Assembly: GCA_965203175.1 (NCBI GenBank)
Contig: OZ241867.1
Coordinates: 3,488,001-3,552,000, forward strand
DNA length: 64,000 nucleotides
Direction of reading: 5' to 3'
Source: Candidatus Latescibacterota bacterium
GTDB taxonomy: Bacteria > Latescibacterota > UBA2968 > UBA8231
The stretch's first letter is position 1. The number at the start of each line of letters is the position of its first letter. Below the pieces are notes generated by a model, which made no database searches, was not told the origin of the DNA, and worked only from the letters and a program-made list of their open reading frames with translations. Shown piece after piece: positions 28,543 to 38,326 of this stretch. Both the position numbers and the translations under genes were made by a program.

Positions 28543-28616
28543 GGCGACGTGGCCAAGTGGTAAGGCAGGGGCCTGCAAAGCCCTTATCCCCGGTTCGATT
28601 CCGGGCGTCGCCTCCA
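28543..28616 (+). tRNA. tRNA-Cys(GCA)
   Basis: GGCGACG/CGTCGCC acceptor, GGGGC-CTGCAAA-GCCCT anticodon arm, GGTTCGATTCC, encoded CCA. Confidence 0.96.
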
Positions 28617-28632
28617 TTTTTTTTGTCTGTGA

Positions 28633-28721
28633 GCCGGGGTGGCGGAATTGGTAGACGCGGTGGACTTAAAATCCACTGTCCGCTTAAGGACGTGCCGGTT
28701 CGAGTCCGGCCCTCGGCACCA
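28633..28721 (+). tRNA. tRNA-Leu(TAA)
   Basis: GCCGGGG/CCTCGGC acceptor, GTGGA-CTTAAAA-TCCAC, long variable arm, CCA. Confidence 0.96.
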
Positions 28722-28742
28722 TGTCCCTTTTACTCCTTCCTA

Positions 28743-29714
28743 CTAATCCAGCAATTCCAGCGCCTGCATTCCAGCGCGAATGTACCCTAAGGCGAAAGCG
28801 CGGCCCCGGTGTCCGTACGGCTCGTCGCCGATTACGCGGGGCGTGTGGTCGGGCGTGATGACCCCGTCGTAGCCGGCGTCGCGATAGGTTTTGAGCGCGG
28901 CGATCATGTTGACGTCGCCCTCGTCGATAAAGACCTCGTCGAACTTGGGGAAGCCGCCGCGCACATTGCGGAAATGCACGTAGAATATCTTGCCCTGTGC
29001 GGCGAAACGGCGCACGGCTGCAATCGTCTCGTCCGGCCCCATCTCGGCCACTGTTCCCTGGCAAAACTCCAATCCATTGCTCGGACTGGGCACGAGGTCA
29101 ATCAACCGCTGCATAGCGTCGTGATTGGTCAAGAGCCGTCCCGTGCCAAAGAGGGTTTCGGCTGGAGGATCGTCTTGGTGGGCGGCAAGTTTGACCCCGG
29201 CGTTTTCGGCGACGGGCACTACTCGTTCGAGAAAATAGGCCAACCGCTCCCACATCTCGGCGACTGAGACCGGCTGGTCGACGATCGGCGGCGCGTCTTG
29301 GACTAAGCTGTAGTCGAAGCTCTTAAGGCCGGCGCCACCGCGTCCACCGCCGCTGTCGTACGCGCGCCAGTGGCCGGAGACGCCGGCCAAACTGAAGTAG
29401 TAGCCAAGGATCGGGATGCCGATTTTCCCCATGTTTTCAATGGAGGTGCACACTTTCGCCAACTGGGCGTCGCGTTCTGGCGTCGCGTGGGTGATGGGGT
29501 GCATGTGGTCGCCGGGCAAATTCTCGATGGCGCACAGTTCCAAGCCGAACGAGTCGATGAATTTTTTCATCCGCAGCAACTCGAAGTAATCGAGTACGCC
29601 CTCGTTGCCGAGGTGGGGGCTGTGAACGACGATGTGCGTGACGCCCATCTGCTGGGCGAATTGCAGGTTTTCTTTGCTGAGTGTGTCGAGGCCGAACTTG
29701 AGACCAAGTTTCAC
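28743..29714 (-). CDS. Mannonate dehydratase (UxuA) family protein
   Basis: QQMGVTHIV, LAYFLERVVPVAE.AGVKLAAHQDDPP, FCQG, VHFRNV, DEGDVNM, PDHTP, AFALGYI. Confidence 0.85.
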   Translation of the reverse strand: MKLGLKFGLDTLSKENLQFAQQMGVTHIVVHSPHLGNEGVLDYFELLRMKKFIDSFGLELCAIENLPGDHMHPITHATPERDAQLAKVCTSIENMGKIGIPILGYYFSLAGVSGHWRAYDSGGGRGGAGLKSFDYSLVQDAPPIVDQPVSVAEMWERLAYFLERVVPVAENAGVKLAAHQDDPPAETLFGTGRLLTNHDAMQRLIDLVPSPSNGLEFCQGTVAEMGPDETIAAVRRFAAQGKIFYVHFRNVRGGFPKFDEVFIDEGDVNMIAALKTYRDAGYDGVITPDHTPRVIGDEPYGHRGRAFALGYIRAGMQALELLD

Positions 29715-29837
29715 GGTAGGTTCCCTTTCTAACGAGAATGGTGTCTGCAGAGTACGCACAACGCCTGCGGCAGGCAAATCTCGTCGCGGCCAGCCCCTCC
29801 CTTGACGCGCCGTACTTTGGCCGCTACTATCGGCTGC

Positions 29838-30860
29838 ATGCGAGCCTTTTACCTACACGGTGCCCGCGATTTGCGAGCCGCGGAAATCGAGCGTCCGCAG
29901 ATCGCTGCGGACGAGATCTTAGTGCAGATTCGCGCCACTGGCATCTGCGGTTCGGACCTGCACTACTACATACACGGCAGAAACGGCGATTTCGTCCCAG
30001 AGCGCCCTTTTGTTCTCGGGCATGAGTCGGCCGGGGAAGTAGTCGATGCGGGCGCGTTCGCGGACGTGCTGCCGGTGGGTAGTCGAGTGGCCATTGACCC
30101 GTCCCACCCTTGTCGTACATGTGCCCACTGCCGCCAGGGTCGCTACAACCTTTGCGCGCAGATGCGCTACTTTGGCTCTGCTGCCTGTAGCCCGCCCCAA
30201 GACGGCTCGTTTCGCGAATACGTGCAAGTCCATGCGCACAACTGCCATCCGTTTCCCACTGAGATGGACTATCGCCAAGCGGCCCTGCTCGAACCGCTAT
30301 CCATCGCCGTCCACGGCGTCGGCCAAGCAGGGGGCATCGCTGGCAAGCGCGTACTGGTGACGGGTGCTGGTCCCATTGGCCAGCTCATCGGCTTGGTCGC
30401 TCGGCACTACGGAGCGGCCCATCTCGCCGTCAGCGATATTCGCCAAAGTGCGCTCGACGTGGCGGCGTCGCTGTGGGCCGATCAGCCCGTGAGCGCCGAC
30501 GATTCGGCGGCCATGGCGCGGTCAGCGGGCGCGGGATTCGATGTCGTCATGGAAGCATCCGGTGCTCCGGCTGCCCTGCAAGCCGCGTACGCGCACTGCA
30601 AGGCCGGTGGCACCATTGTGCAGTTGGGCGTTCAGGGCGGCTCGATTGAACTGCCGGTCAACCTGGTCATGCAAAAGGAATTGACCGTCCGCGGATCCTT
30701 CCGCTTTGCCCACGTATTTCCCCAGGCCTTGGACCTGTTGGCGCGGCAGCAACTCGACGTGACTCCCCTCATCTCGCAGTGCGTCGCCTTTCCCGACTTG
30801 GTCGCTGGTTTCGACGCAGCGCTCCAGCCCCAAACCGTCAAGGTAGTGGTTGATTACTAA
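29838..30860 (+). CDS. Zn-dependent L-idonate 5-/sorbitol dehydrogenase family
   Basis: GICGSDLHYY, LGHE, C..C..C...YNLC, EPLS, GAGPIG, RGSFRF. Confidence 0.88.
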   Translation: MRAFYLHGARDLRAAEIERPQIAADEILVQIRATGICGSDLHYYIHGRNGDFVPERPFVLGHESAGEVVDAGAFADVLPVGSRVAIDPSHPCRTCAHCRQGRYNLCAQMRYFGSAACSPPQDGSFREYVQVHAHNCHPFPTEMDYRQAALLEPLSIAVHGVGQAGGIAGKRVLVTGAGPIGQLIGLVARHYGAAHLAVSDIRQSALDVAASLWADQPVSADDSAAMARSAGAGFDVVMEASGAPAALQAAYAHCKAGGTIVQLGVQGGSIELPVNLVMQKELTVRGSFRFAHVFPQALDLLARQQLDVTPLISQCVAFPDLVAGFDAALQPQTVKVVVDY

Positions 30861-30931
30861 GCGCACCGCCGCTTGTTGACCGCGCTACATGGGGGCGCTT
30901 TCTTATGTCGCCGACGCCATAGGGAGCCGAT

Positions 30932-31291
30932 ATGCACGAAGCTGTAAAAGACTGGTTGACACAATGCCGCGACAAGCTCCGCACCGAGGCGATTACCGCT
31001 GCGGATCTCGACCGCCTCGGTGAATTGCTCGCCGAACCCCGCCAGCAGATCCTCTACCTCTACGCCAAATCGACCAATATGCGCTCGCCGCTCGCTAGCT
31101 GGGCCTTGTACGACGCTACCCAGCCGCAAATGCCGACCCTGCCCAGCGACGACTCGCCCTACGAATCGGTGCTCGCGGCCGTGGCCGATGGCTGGCGCGT
31201 GGTGCAGTTCCCCATCGTCAAGCTCTACGCGTACGAGGGCCAAGACAACGACTACCTCGGCTATGAGTTCGTGCTCGAAAAATTCGCTTAG
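30932..31291 (+). CDS. Hypothetical protein (119 aa) preceding PhyH dioxygenase
   Basis: AGGGAG RBS; RQQILYLY...PYESVLAAVADGWRVVQFP...YEFVLEK. Confidence 0.75.
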   Translation: MHEAVKDWLTQCRDKLRTEAITAADLDRLGELLAEPRQQILYLYAKSTNMRSPLASWALYDATQPQMPTLPSDDSPYESVLAAVADGWRVVQFPIVKLYAYEGQDNDYLGYEFVLEKFA

Positions 31292-31300
31292 GAGGAACGG

Positions 31301-32089
31301 ATGTCGCCAATTAAACCAACGCTAGACGACGATGGCGTCATGGACTTTGTCGCCTCCGGTTTGGTTGTCCTCGAAAGCGTCATTGACGAGAACTTCAACC
31401 GCTGCTGCGACGATCTCGCCCCCGGCAACTGCGACGCCTTTATCGCCTCGGACGACTTCACCCAGCAGGTACTCCTGCATCCCCAAGTCGCCGGGGTCGC
31501 GCGCTCGCTGTTGGGCGAGGATTTCTTGGTGCCCCGAGGCGGCCACCACCACTTTTTCAAGGAACCGCACCTCGGCCAGACCTGGCATTCAGACGGGCTT
31601 TCGGGCAGCGGCTACGACGTCTTTGAACTCCAGTGCTACTACTACCCGCACAGCGTCGCGCTCGCCGATGGGCCAACTATGGTTCTGCCCGGCTCGCATT
31701 GCCGCGCCGTCGATCGCGAGGCCATCGCCCACTACGGCGATATCCGCGGCCAAGTCTCGCTGACCGTACCGGCTGGCACCGTAGTGCTGACCCGCTATGG
31801 CATCTGGCACAAGGCCGGCCCCAAAACCAACGACCGCGCCCGCAGCATGATCAAGTTCTCCTACCACCGCACGGCCGCGCCACAGCGAGACTGGCTCTGC
31901 GATGCGGCGGAGATTCCCGCCTACCGCGATCGGCTGCGCCTGCCGTATGTGACCGAAGTTGAATCCTACCGCGACCGGGTGCGGCGCATCCGCACTTGGA
32001 ACTGGCTCTGCGGCATTGACCAAGAGGTCGCGCTGCGCTGGGAAAGGTCGCAGCCGGTTTCCGAACTGATAAAGGAAGGCACTCCATGA
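31301..32089 (+). CDS. Phytanoyl-CoA dioxygenase (PhyH) family Fe(II)/2OG oxygenase
   Basis: WHSD, GPTMVLPGSH, PAGTVV..GIWH facial triad. Confidence 0.85.
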   Translation: MSPIKPTLDDDGVMDFVASGLVVLESVIDENFNRCCDDLAPGNCDAFIASDDFTQQVLLHPQVAGVARSLLGEDFLVPRGGHHHFFKEPHLGQTWHSDGLSGSGYDVFELQCYYYPHSVALADGPTMVLPGSHCRAVDREAIAHYGDIRGQVSLTVPAGTVVLTRYGIWHKAGPKTNDRARSMIKFSYHRTAAPQRDWLCDAAEIPAYRDRLRLPYVTEVESYRDRVRRIRTWNWLCGIDQEVALRWERSQPVSELIKEGTP

Positions 32090-33141
32090 CCGCCAACAGA
32101 CCTTACGCATTGCGCGCTGTCCCCGGCTTGTACGCCAGCAAGCCGGGAATCCAAGTCGCCGTCCAGACCTCACACAAGGCCAGCGGCGAGGATTTGCAAT
32201 TCTTCCAACAACTCGGCGTCGAGTGGGTCATGCTCGGCATTGACGACCCGGCATTGCACAGCGTCGAACACTACAAACAGTTCGCCGCGCGCTTTGCCCA
32301 ATACGGTCTGCAGATCTATCGCATCGCCAATCACGCGGTCCACAATGTCTCAGAGATTACGCTCAATCTGCCCGGCCGCGACGAGAAAGTCGAAGAACTA
32401 ATCCAATTCATCCGCGATCTCGGTGCCGCTGGTATCCGCTACCACACGTACGCCCACATGGGTAACGGCATCTGGAGCACCGGCCGCACCACCCGTCGCG
32501 GCGGCATGAGCGCGCGAACCCTCGACATCAAAAACGCCACGGGTCGCTGGGGTAGCGAGACTTTTGTTGGCGACTTGACCCACGGCCGCGCCTATACGGA
32601 AGACGAGCTGTGGGAAAACTACGAGTACATGATCCGCAAGGTCGCTCCGGTCGCCGAGGAAGCTGGGGTCTATATCGGCATCCATCCCGACGACCCGCCG
32701 GTCTACGCCCTAGGCGGAATACCGCGCTGCATCTTCGGCAATTTTGCCGGGTACAAGCGGGCGATGGACATCGCCGACAGTCCCAATATCGGCGTTTGTC
32801 TGTGCGTCGGCTGCTGGCTGGAGGGCGGCAAGCAGGGTATGGGGGCGTCAGTCGAAGAAGCAATACACTACTTTGGCGCGCGCAACAAGCTCTTCAAAAT
32901 TCACTTCCGCAACGTCTCCAACCCCATGCCCGACCCGTGGGTCGAAACCCTGATGGACGACGGCTATCAGGACATGCACAGCGTGATGCAGGCCCTGCGC
33001 GCCGTCGCGTTCGATGGAGCCATCATTCCCGACCACATTCCCGAGATGCTGGGAGGAAGTCGCGTGGGCGTCGCGTACTCCATTGCCTATATGCGGGCGC
33101 TGGTGCAGGCCGTCAACAACGAAAGCGACGGCCCGGCGTAG
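32086..33141 (+). CDS. Mannonate dehydratase (UxuA) family protein
   Basis: QLGVEWV, PVAEEAGV.IGIHPDDPP, IHFRNV, DDG..DM, PDHIP, AYSIAYM. Confidence 0.85.
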   Translation: MTANRPYALRAVPGLYASKPGIQVAVQTSHKASGEDLQFFQQLGVEWVMLGIDDPALHSVEHYKQFAARFAQYGLQIYRIANHAVHNVSEITLNLPGRDEKVEELIQFIRDLGAAGIRYHTYAHMGNGIWSTGRTTRRGGMSARTLDIKNATGRWGSETFVGDLTHGRAYTEDELWENYEYMIRKVAPVAEEAGVYIGIHPDDPPVYALGGIPRCIFGNFAGYKRAMDIADSPNIGVCLCVGCWLEGGKQGMGASVEEAIHYFGARNKLFKIHFRNVSNPMPDPWVETLMDDGYQDMHSVMQALRAVAFDGAIIPDHIPEMLGGSRVGVAYSIAYMRALVQAVNNESDGPA

Positions 33142-33305
33142 CCGTACCTGCCGCGGCATACTTTATCGGCCATCTGTCCGTCGGTAATCGGGATGACTAG
33201 GCGCACTGCTCCGACTACACCTGCCGAGATGCCGGCTGAGCACTGTCTCCTAGCACGGCGACAGCATCCCCATTTCCTTTCAATCAAATAGAGGAAAGGC
33301 GAGAA

Positions 33306-35336
33306 ATGGCTACCACGCCGACCATCGTTAGTACCGACATCCTCCCCCCGCCCGAGTGGGCGTTGTTGCAGCGTCGCCTGTTCAGCATCTTGGAGACCGC
33401 GGGTGACGTCGCCACGGAGGGCTATGCCCGCTCCGACGGCCGGGTGTACCATTTCTTCGACGTGGATGACGCCTACGAAAGCCGCTCCATGCGCGCCATG
33501 CTCTACGCCCTAGGCGGCCACGAGCGCTTCCTCCACATTGCCAAGCGGGAATGGGATGCGATCACTTGGCTCTACAGCGAAGAGCGCCAACTGACCGACG
33601 ACGAGCCTAGGCATCCCATGTACATGCCGCAGTTGCGCAACGAGTACTGGAACCTCAGCATCCCCTTCAACGCCGACTGGTTCCACATGGGCGAGGGCAA
33701 TCAGATGCTCTACGACTTTGGCGTCGCCGACCCGACCAATCCGTCCAATCGCGAGCGCGCTCGCAAGTTCGCCGCCATGTACATCGGCGAGGATTCCAAC
33801 GCGCCCAACTTCGATACCGAGCACGGCGTCTTCCGCTCGCCACTCCACGGCGGTGCCGGCCCGCTGACGTCCGTGCGCCAGCACGAAGGCATTGTCCACC
33901 GAGGCGGGGACATCTCGGATCACGTCCACTTGGTGCGCCACTGGCTCGATCGCGGCTCGCTGGGCGATTTTGGCCATCGCAACGCGCTCCAGGACAACCC
34001 GAGTACTGAGCCGCTGACGCCTCACTTTCTCTACCCGAAGATCAAGGAGCTCGAGCCGCGGTGGTACGAGGACGAGGCTCGTCGCGAGGAAATCCTCGAT
34101 CTCTTCGACGAGATGGCGCTCCAGGGCGACGAACCAGCTGGCCTCTGCGCCACGGCCTTGGTGACCAACGCCTACCTCTACACCGGCGACGAGAAGTACA
34201 AGAAGTGGGTCCTCGACTACGTCGGCGGCTGGATAGAGCGCATCCGCAAAAACGATGGGGTCATTCCCGACAACGTCGGTCCTACCGGCAAGATCGGCGA
34301 ACACCGCGACGGCCAGTGGTGGGGGGGATTGCACGGCTGGAGCAGCAGCGAGAGCGCGGCCGACCGACTCTTTCTCGGTCTCATCGTCGGGGCCCAGTGC
34401 GCCCATCTGCTCAGCGGCGACGACTACTACCTCGAAGTGTTGCGCTCGCAGATCGTCGCCCTCCTCGACCGCGGCAAGACCGAGCGTGGCGAGTTGGTGG
34501 TGCCGAAGAGCCACGGACCCGACGGCTGGACCGGCTACGCCGAGTTCACCATCCGCGGCGGCCCCACCCATCTGGTCAACCTGTGGCACGAGTCCATGTC
34601 ACAGGGCGACTACGAGCTCGTCACCCGGGTGCGGGACGGCGGCGGCACCGACTGGAACGCGCTCCCGCCCATCGGCGACCGCGGCGGTGCCCGCACTGAA
34701 TTCGCCCGCTTCCAGTATTACGACGGCAAGAACCCGGACTGGCCGGTGCAGTGTTTGCAGACCGACTACCAACAGGTCGCCGATTTCCTCGAGGGTATGA
34801 TGCGCGACACTCGCACCGTCCAGCAGATCATAGCAGACAACGCTTGGCCGCCGAACCCCGTGATCGTCAAGGGCCTCGTACAGACGACTATGGGCTGCCC
34901 TGGTCAACTCTACAACGGGGGAATACTGCGCGCGACCGTGCGTTACTTTGACGCCGACGCCATCCGTCCCGGCCTACCGCCGGACGTGGCCGCCCTCGTC
35001 GATGATCTCTCCGCCAATGGATGCGGAATCCAGCTAGTGAACACCAGCCACAGCGAGTGCCGGAACCTTATCGTCCAGTCCGGTGCCTTCGGCGAGCATT
35101 CCTTCACGGAAGTGGAGTTCACGGGGACGGATTACAGCAGCGACGACCTCAACCCCAATACCCGCGTGCGTTCGAGCAAGACCGTGACCGCCAATACCAT
35201 CCAGGTCAACGGCAAGCACTTCACCGTGACCTTGCCGCCGATGACGTCCGTGCGCCTGGCCTGCGGCCTGAGACGGTTTGTAAACGACCCCAGCTACGCC
35301 TTTCCCTGGCACGGCGGCGAGGTCCCGGTCGAGTAG
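33306..35336 (+). CDS. Conserved hypothetical protein, 676 aa (possible alpha/alpha toroid)
   Basis: Long ORF with RBS; DDAYES, DWFHMGEG, NAYLYTGDEKY..W, IPDNVG..G.IGE...WWGG, RPGLP.DVAALV. Confidence 0.85.
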   Translation: MATTPTIVSTDILPPPEWALLQRRLFSILETAGDVATEGYARSDGRVYHFFDVDDAYESRSMRAMLYALGGHERFLHIAKREWDAITWLYSEERQLTDDEPRHPMYMPQLRNEYWNLSIPFNADWFHMGEGNQMLYDFGVADPTNPSNRERARKFAAMYIGEDSNAPNFDTEHGVFRSPLHGGAGPLTSVRQHEGIVHRGGDISDHVHLVRHWLDRGSLGDFGHRNALQDNPSTEPLTPHFLYPKIKELEPRWYEDEARREEILDLFDEMALQGDEPAGLCATALVTNAYLYTGDEKYKKWVLDYVGGWIERIRKNDGVIPDNVGPTGKIGEHRDGQWWGGLHGWSSSESAADRLFLGLIVGAQCAHLLSGDDYYLEVLRSQIVALLDRGKTERGELVVPKSHGPDGWTGYAEFTIRGGPTHLVNLWHESMSQGDYELVTRVRDGGGTDWNALPPIGDRGGARTEFARFQYYDGKNPDWPVQCLQTDYQQVADFLEGMMRDTRTVQQIIADNAWPPNPVIVKGLVQTTMGCPGQLYNGGILRATVRYFDADAIRPGLPPDVAALVDDLSANGCGIQLVNTSHSECRNLIVQSGAFGEHSFTEVEFTGTDYSSDDLNPNTRVRSSKTVTANTIQVNGKHFTVTLPPMTSVRLACGLRRFVNDPSYAFPWHGGEVPVE

Positions 35337-35425
35337 GTGGTTTGGGGCCCGGCCTAGCCGCGAGTCGCGTTGACTTTGCGCAGGATAGGCCCTAATATTT
35401 TTAAATGCTTGCACCGCTTGGCGAT

Positions 35426-35502
35426 GTGCCCATAGCTCAGTTGGATAGAGCATCTGCCTTCTAAGCAGACGGTCGTAGGTTCGAGTCCTACTGGGCACGC
35501 CA
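35426..35502 (+). tRNA. tRNA-Arg(TCT)
   Basis: GTGCCCA/TGGGCAC acceptor, TCTGC-CTTCTAA-GCAGA, CCA; promoter TTGACT-N17-TAATAT at 35370-35398. Confidence 0.96.
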
Positions 35503-35522
35503 TGCAGCCCTCAAGACATAGT

Positions 35523-35600
35523 GGTGGATGTAGCTCAGTTGGTTAGAGCGCCAGGTTGTGGCCCTGGAGGGCGCGGGTTCAACTCCCGTCATCCACCCCA
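35523..35600 (+). tRNA. tRNA-His(GTG)
   Basis: G-1, GTGGATG/CATCCAC acceptor, CCAGG-TTGTGGC-CCTGG, C73, CCA. Confidence 0.95.
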
Positions 35601-35622
35601 TCTTTTGACCTCGTCGTTATCC

Positions 35623-36138
35623 ATGCAGTCGCCCGATGGACAGCCGGCCTTGGCCGGTCCCGCCAAAATCATTACGTGCGATCAATTGCTCGCCGTCCGC
35701 AGCCAAGCGAGAAAAGCGCGGCAGACCTTTGTCTTCACCAATGGATGCTTTGACTTGCTGCACCGTGGTCACGTCGAGTACCTGCGCGCGGCGCGTGCCT
35801 TGGGCGACTGTCTCGCGGTGGGGTTAAACGACGACGATGGGGTTCGCGCGCTGAAGGGCCACGGACGGCCCGTCTGCTCGCAAGACGACCGTGCTGCCGT
35901 GCTCGCGGCCTTAGAGTGCGTTTCGCATGTGTGTATCTTCTCTGGTGAAAGCGTCGAGGGCCTTGTGGCCGCGCTCGCGCCCGATGTCTTGGTCAAGGGG
36001 GGCGATTACGCCCCAGCCGCCATCGTCGGCCGCGAACACGTCGAAGCGCGTGGCGGCCAAGTTCGCGCTCTGCCGCTGTGGCCGGGCACTTCCACCACCC
36101 AATTAGTCGAGCGCATCAAGGCGCTGCCCAGCGCGTGA
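35623..36138 (+). CDS. rfaE2: D-glycero-beta-D-manno-heptose 1-phosphate adenylyltransferase (HldE domain II)
   Basis: FTNGCFDLLHRGH, VGLNDD, PDVLVKGGDY, STT. Confidence 0.88.
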   Translation: MQSPDGQPALAGPAKIITCDQLLAVRSQARKARQTFVFTNGCFDLLHRGHVEYLRAARALGDCLAVGLNDDDGVRALKGHGRPVCSQDDRAAVLAALECVSHVCIFSGESVEGLVAALAPDVLVKGGDYAPAAIVGREHVEARGGQVRALPLWPGTSTTQLVERIKALPSA

Positions 36139-36213
36139 CGAGATTTGGTTTGAGAGGGGGATTATGCTATATTCGTCAAAGATGGTTCATTTGTGCTTCC
36201 AATAAAAAATGCA

Positions 36214-36951
36214 ATGAAAAGCGCTAAAAGCGCGTTGGTGTTGGCCTTGGGCCTTGGGGCTTGTGCTGCGCCGCCGCAAATCGAACAACCCCCCGTCCAG
36301 TGGGAAGATGCCCAGCCAGAGGGAAAAAGCGAGGCCCTCCAGGTCCTCGAACGCGCTGTTGCAGCCGCGTACGAGCGCGAGCAAGCCATGGCCGAGCGCG
36401 TGCGCCAGTTAGAAACATCCAACGCCCAGTTGCGGCAGGCCCTTAGGACCCTCCAAAGCCAGAGCCGCGTCCTGAGTGCGCGGCTAGATTCTTTGCCACG
36501 TCGCGTGAAGCCGCGCGTTGCCGCTAGCACCAGCACCCCCGCTACACGATCCGATGCGACGGCTGCCATCGGCAAAAGAGAGGCGTTCAATATGTATCAA
36601 GGGGCGCTTGCCTACTATCGCCAAGAGCAATACGACCGCGCCTTGGTCGAGTTTGACCGCTTGCTGCAGGAAGCCCCTATGAGCGAGTGGTCCGACAACG
36701 CTCAGTACTGGAAGGGAGAGTGCTATTACGGGCTGCGCAAATACCAGCAGGCGCTCATCGAATTCACCAAGGTGTTTGCCTTCAGCAATACGGGTAAGGC
36801 CGACGACGCCCAAATAAAAATAGCCAACTGCCACATCAAGTTGGACGAACGCGACCGGGCGCTTGCGGCCTTGCGCAAGCTGATTGACGAATATCCAGAT
36901 AGTGAATACGTGCCCATTGTCCGCGACAAGATAAAGCAGCTCGGTGGTTGA
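36214..36951 (+). CDS. CpoB/YbgF-like TPR lipoprotein
   Basis: Lipobox LGAC, coiled coil, DNAQYWKGECYY, KADDA, YPDS. Confidence 0.8.
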   Translation: MKSAKSALVLALGLGACAAPPQIEQPPVQWEDAQPEGKSEALQVLERAVAAAYEREQAMAERVRQLETSNAQLRQALRTLQSQSRVLSARLDSLPRRVKPRVAASTSTPATRSDATAAIGKREAFNMYQGALAYYRQEQYDRALVEFDRLLQEAPMSEWSDNAQYWKGECYYGLRKYQQALIEFTKVFAFSNTGKADDAQIKIANCHIKLDERDRALAALRKLIDEYPDSEYVPIVRDKIKQLGG

Positions 36952-37574
36952 TGAGAACGATCTTACTCCGAGCCTGTTATCGCCTTTTGGCCGCGCTGAT
37001 GCTCTGTGCCACCGCGTCGGTCGCCGTTCCTTTTCCCACCAATATGGACTTGTTGGTCGAGACCGTGGCGAGTGCGGTCGATGAGAGTCTGGCGCGCATT
37101 GAGATGCCGGACGCCGCGGCGACGGCCCCCTTGTTGGTCGTGGCACAGAGCAGGCACGATGCCAATTGGATGGTCGAGCACCTGCTGGCCAATCGGCTAT
37201 TGACGCGCGGCTTTAGCGTGACTTTGGATTCGACGGCAGTCCAACCGGCGAGTATGCGCCTGTCCTACCGGGTGCTCGACCTCGGCGTCTCCGCGCATTC
37301 GGGATTGCGCGGCAGCAAAGTCAGCCGTCAGGGCCGGGTAACGCTCGCCCTGCGCTTGAGCGATGAGCGCGACGATGTGGTCCACTGGCAGGATGAAATC
37401 ACCCGCACGCAGCGCGATCAGATCCCCAAAAAGCAGCTAGAAATGCTCCAGCACGACCAATTCGAATTCGCCAAGACCGAGTTAGAGGAACAAACGTGGA
37501 GCAAATTTGTCGAACCTGTGATCGTATCCACCGTGCTCGGTGGGCTTATCTATTTGTTCTTTTCTAATCGCTAG
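36948..37574 (+). CDS. Hypothetical exported protein with C-terminal membrane anchor
   Basis: Signal peptide; ends FVEPVIVSTVLGGLIYLFFSNR. Confidence 0.75.
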   Translation: MMRTILLRACYRLLAALMLCATASVAVPFPTNMDLLVETVASAVDESLARIEMPDAAATAPLLVVAQSRHDANWMVEHLLANRLLTRGFSVTLDSTAVQPASMRLSYRVLDLGVSAHSGLRGSKVSRQGRVTLALRLSDERDDVVHWQDEITRTQRDQIPKKQLEMLQHDQFEFAKTELEEQTWSKFVEPVIVSTVLGGLIYLFFSNR

Positions 37575-37577
37575 GCT

Positions 37578-38324
37578 ATGAAATACCTCGCTTTCCCGCT
37601 CGTCTTGTTCATCGCCGCTTGTGCCAGCACGCCGCCCGAGAAACTCCAAGGCGCGGATTACTACTTTGAAGAAGGCCAAAAGGCCATGGAGAAAGACCGC
37701 TGCCTAGAGGCCTCCGAGCACTTCAAGCGCTTAGTTAGTAACTTTCCTGGCTCGCATCGGGTCGCCGAGGCGCAGTTCCTCCTCGCCGAAGCGCACTTTT
37801 GCAATCGCGATTGGGTCAACGCAGCCTTTGAGTATCAGCGCATCGTCGATATTTATCCGTCTAGCGAATGGGCGGTCGAGGCACAGTTCAAGGTAGGCGA
37901 GTCGTACTACAAGCAATTGCGCCGCCCGGAGCTGGATCAGAAGGAGACCTTTGAGGCCCTGACGGCCTTCCGCAACTTTATCGAGGACCATTCCGACTCG
38001 CCCTTAGTTGAACAGGCGCTCCAGCGCATCGTCGAGTGCCGGAGTCGCTTGGCCCAAAAGCAGTACCTAAGTGGCCGCTTGTACCACAAACAGGGCCATC
38101 TCGACGCGGCCAAAATGATCTACGAGGACGTGTTGCGCGAGTACCCGGACGTCGGCGAGTGGTATTACACCACTCTCTTCCGCATGGGCGAAATCGCCCG
38201 CACCCAGGGCGATGTGGACCTGGCGGTGCGCTATTGGAAGGAAGTGCTGCAAGACAGCGGCAACCCGGAGTTGGTGGAGGACGTGCAAAAGCACCTGTCC
38301 GGGCTGAGCCAATCGCCGGGCTAA
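37578..38324 (+). CDS. bamD: Outer membrane protein assembly factor BamD
   Basis: Lipobox IAAC, TPRs, YPSS, ELDQKET..AL..F..FI, RLAQKQY..GRLY. Confidence 0.85.
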   Translation: MKYLAFPLVLFIAACASTPPEKLQGADYYFEEGQKAMEKDRCLEASEHFKRLVSNFPGSHRVAEAQFLLAEAHFCNRDWVNAAFEYQRIVDIYPSSEWAVEAQFKVGESYYKQLRRPELDQKETFEALTAFRNFIEDHSDSPLVEQALQRIVECRSRLAQKQYLSGRLYHKQGHLDAAKMIYEDVLREYPDVGEWYYTTLFRMGEIARTQGDVDLAVRYWKEVLQDSGNPELVEDVQKHLSGLSQSPG

Positions 38325-38326
38325 AC

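Noticed and set aside
35521-35622. N-terminal extension of rfaE2 and ORFs over 28277-28790
   Set aside because: These overlap tRNA genes; true starts lie downstream
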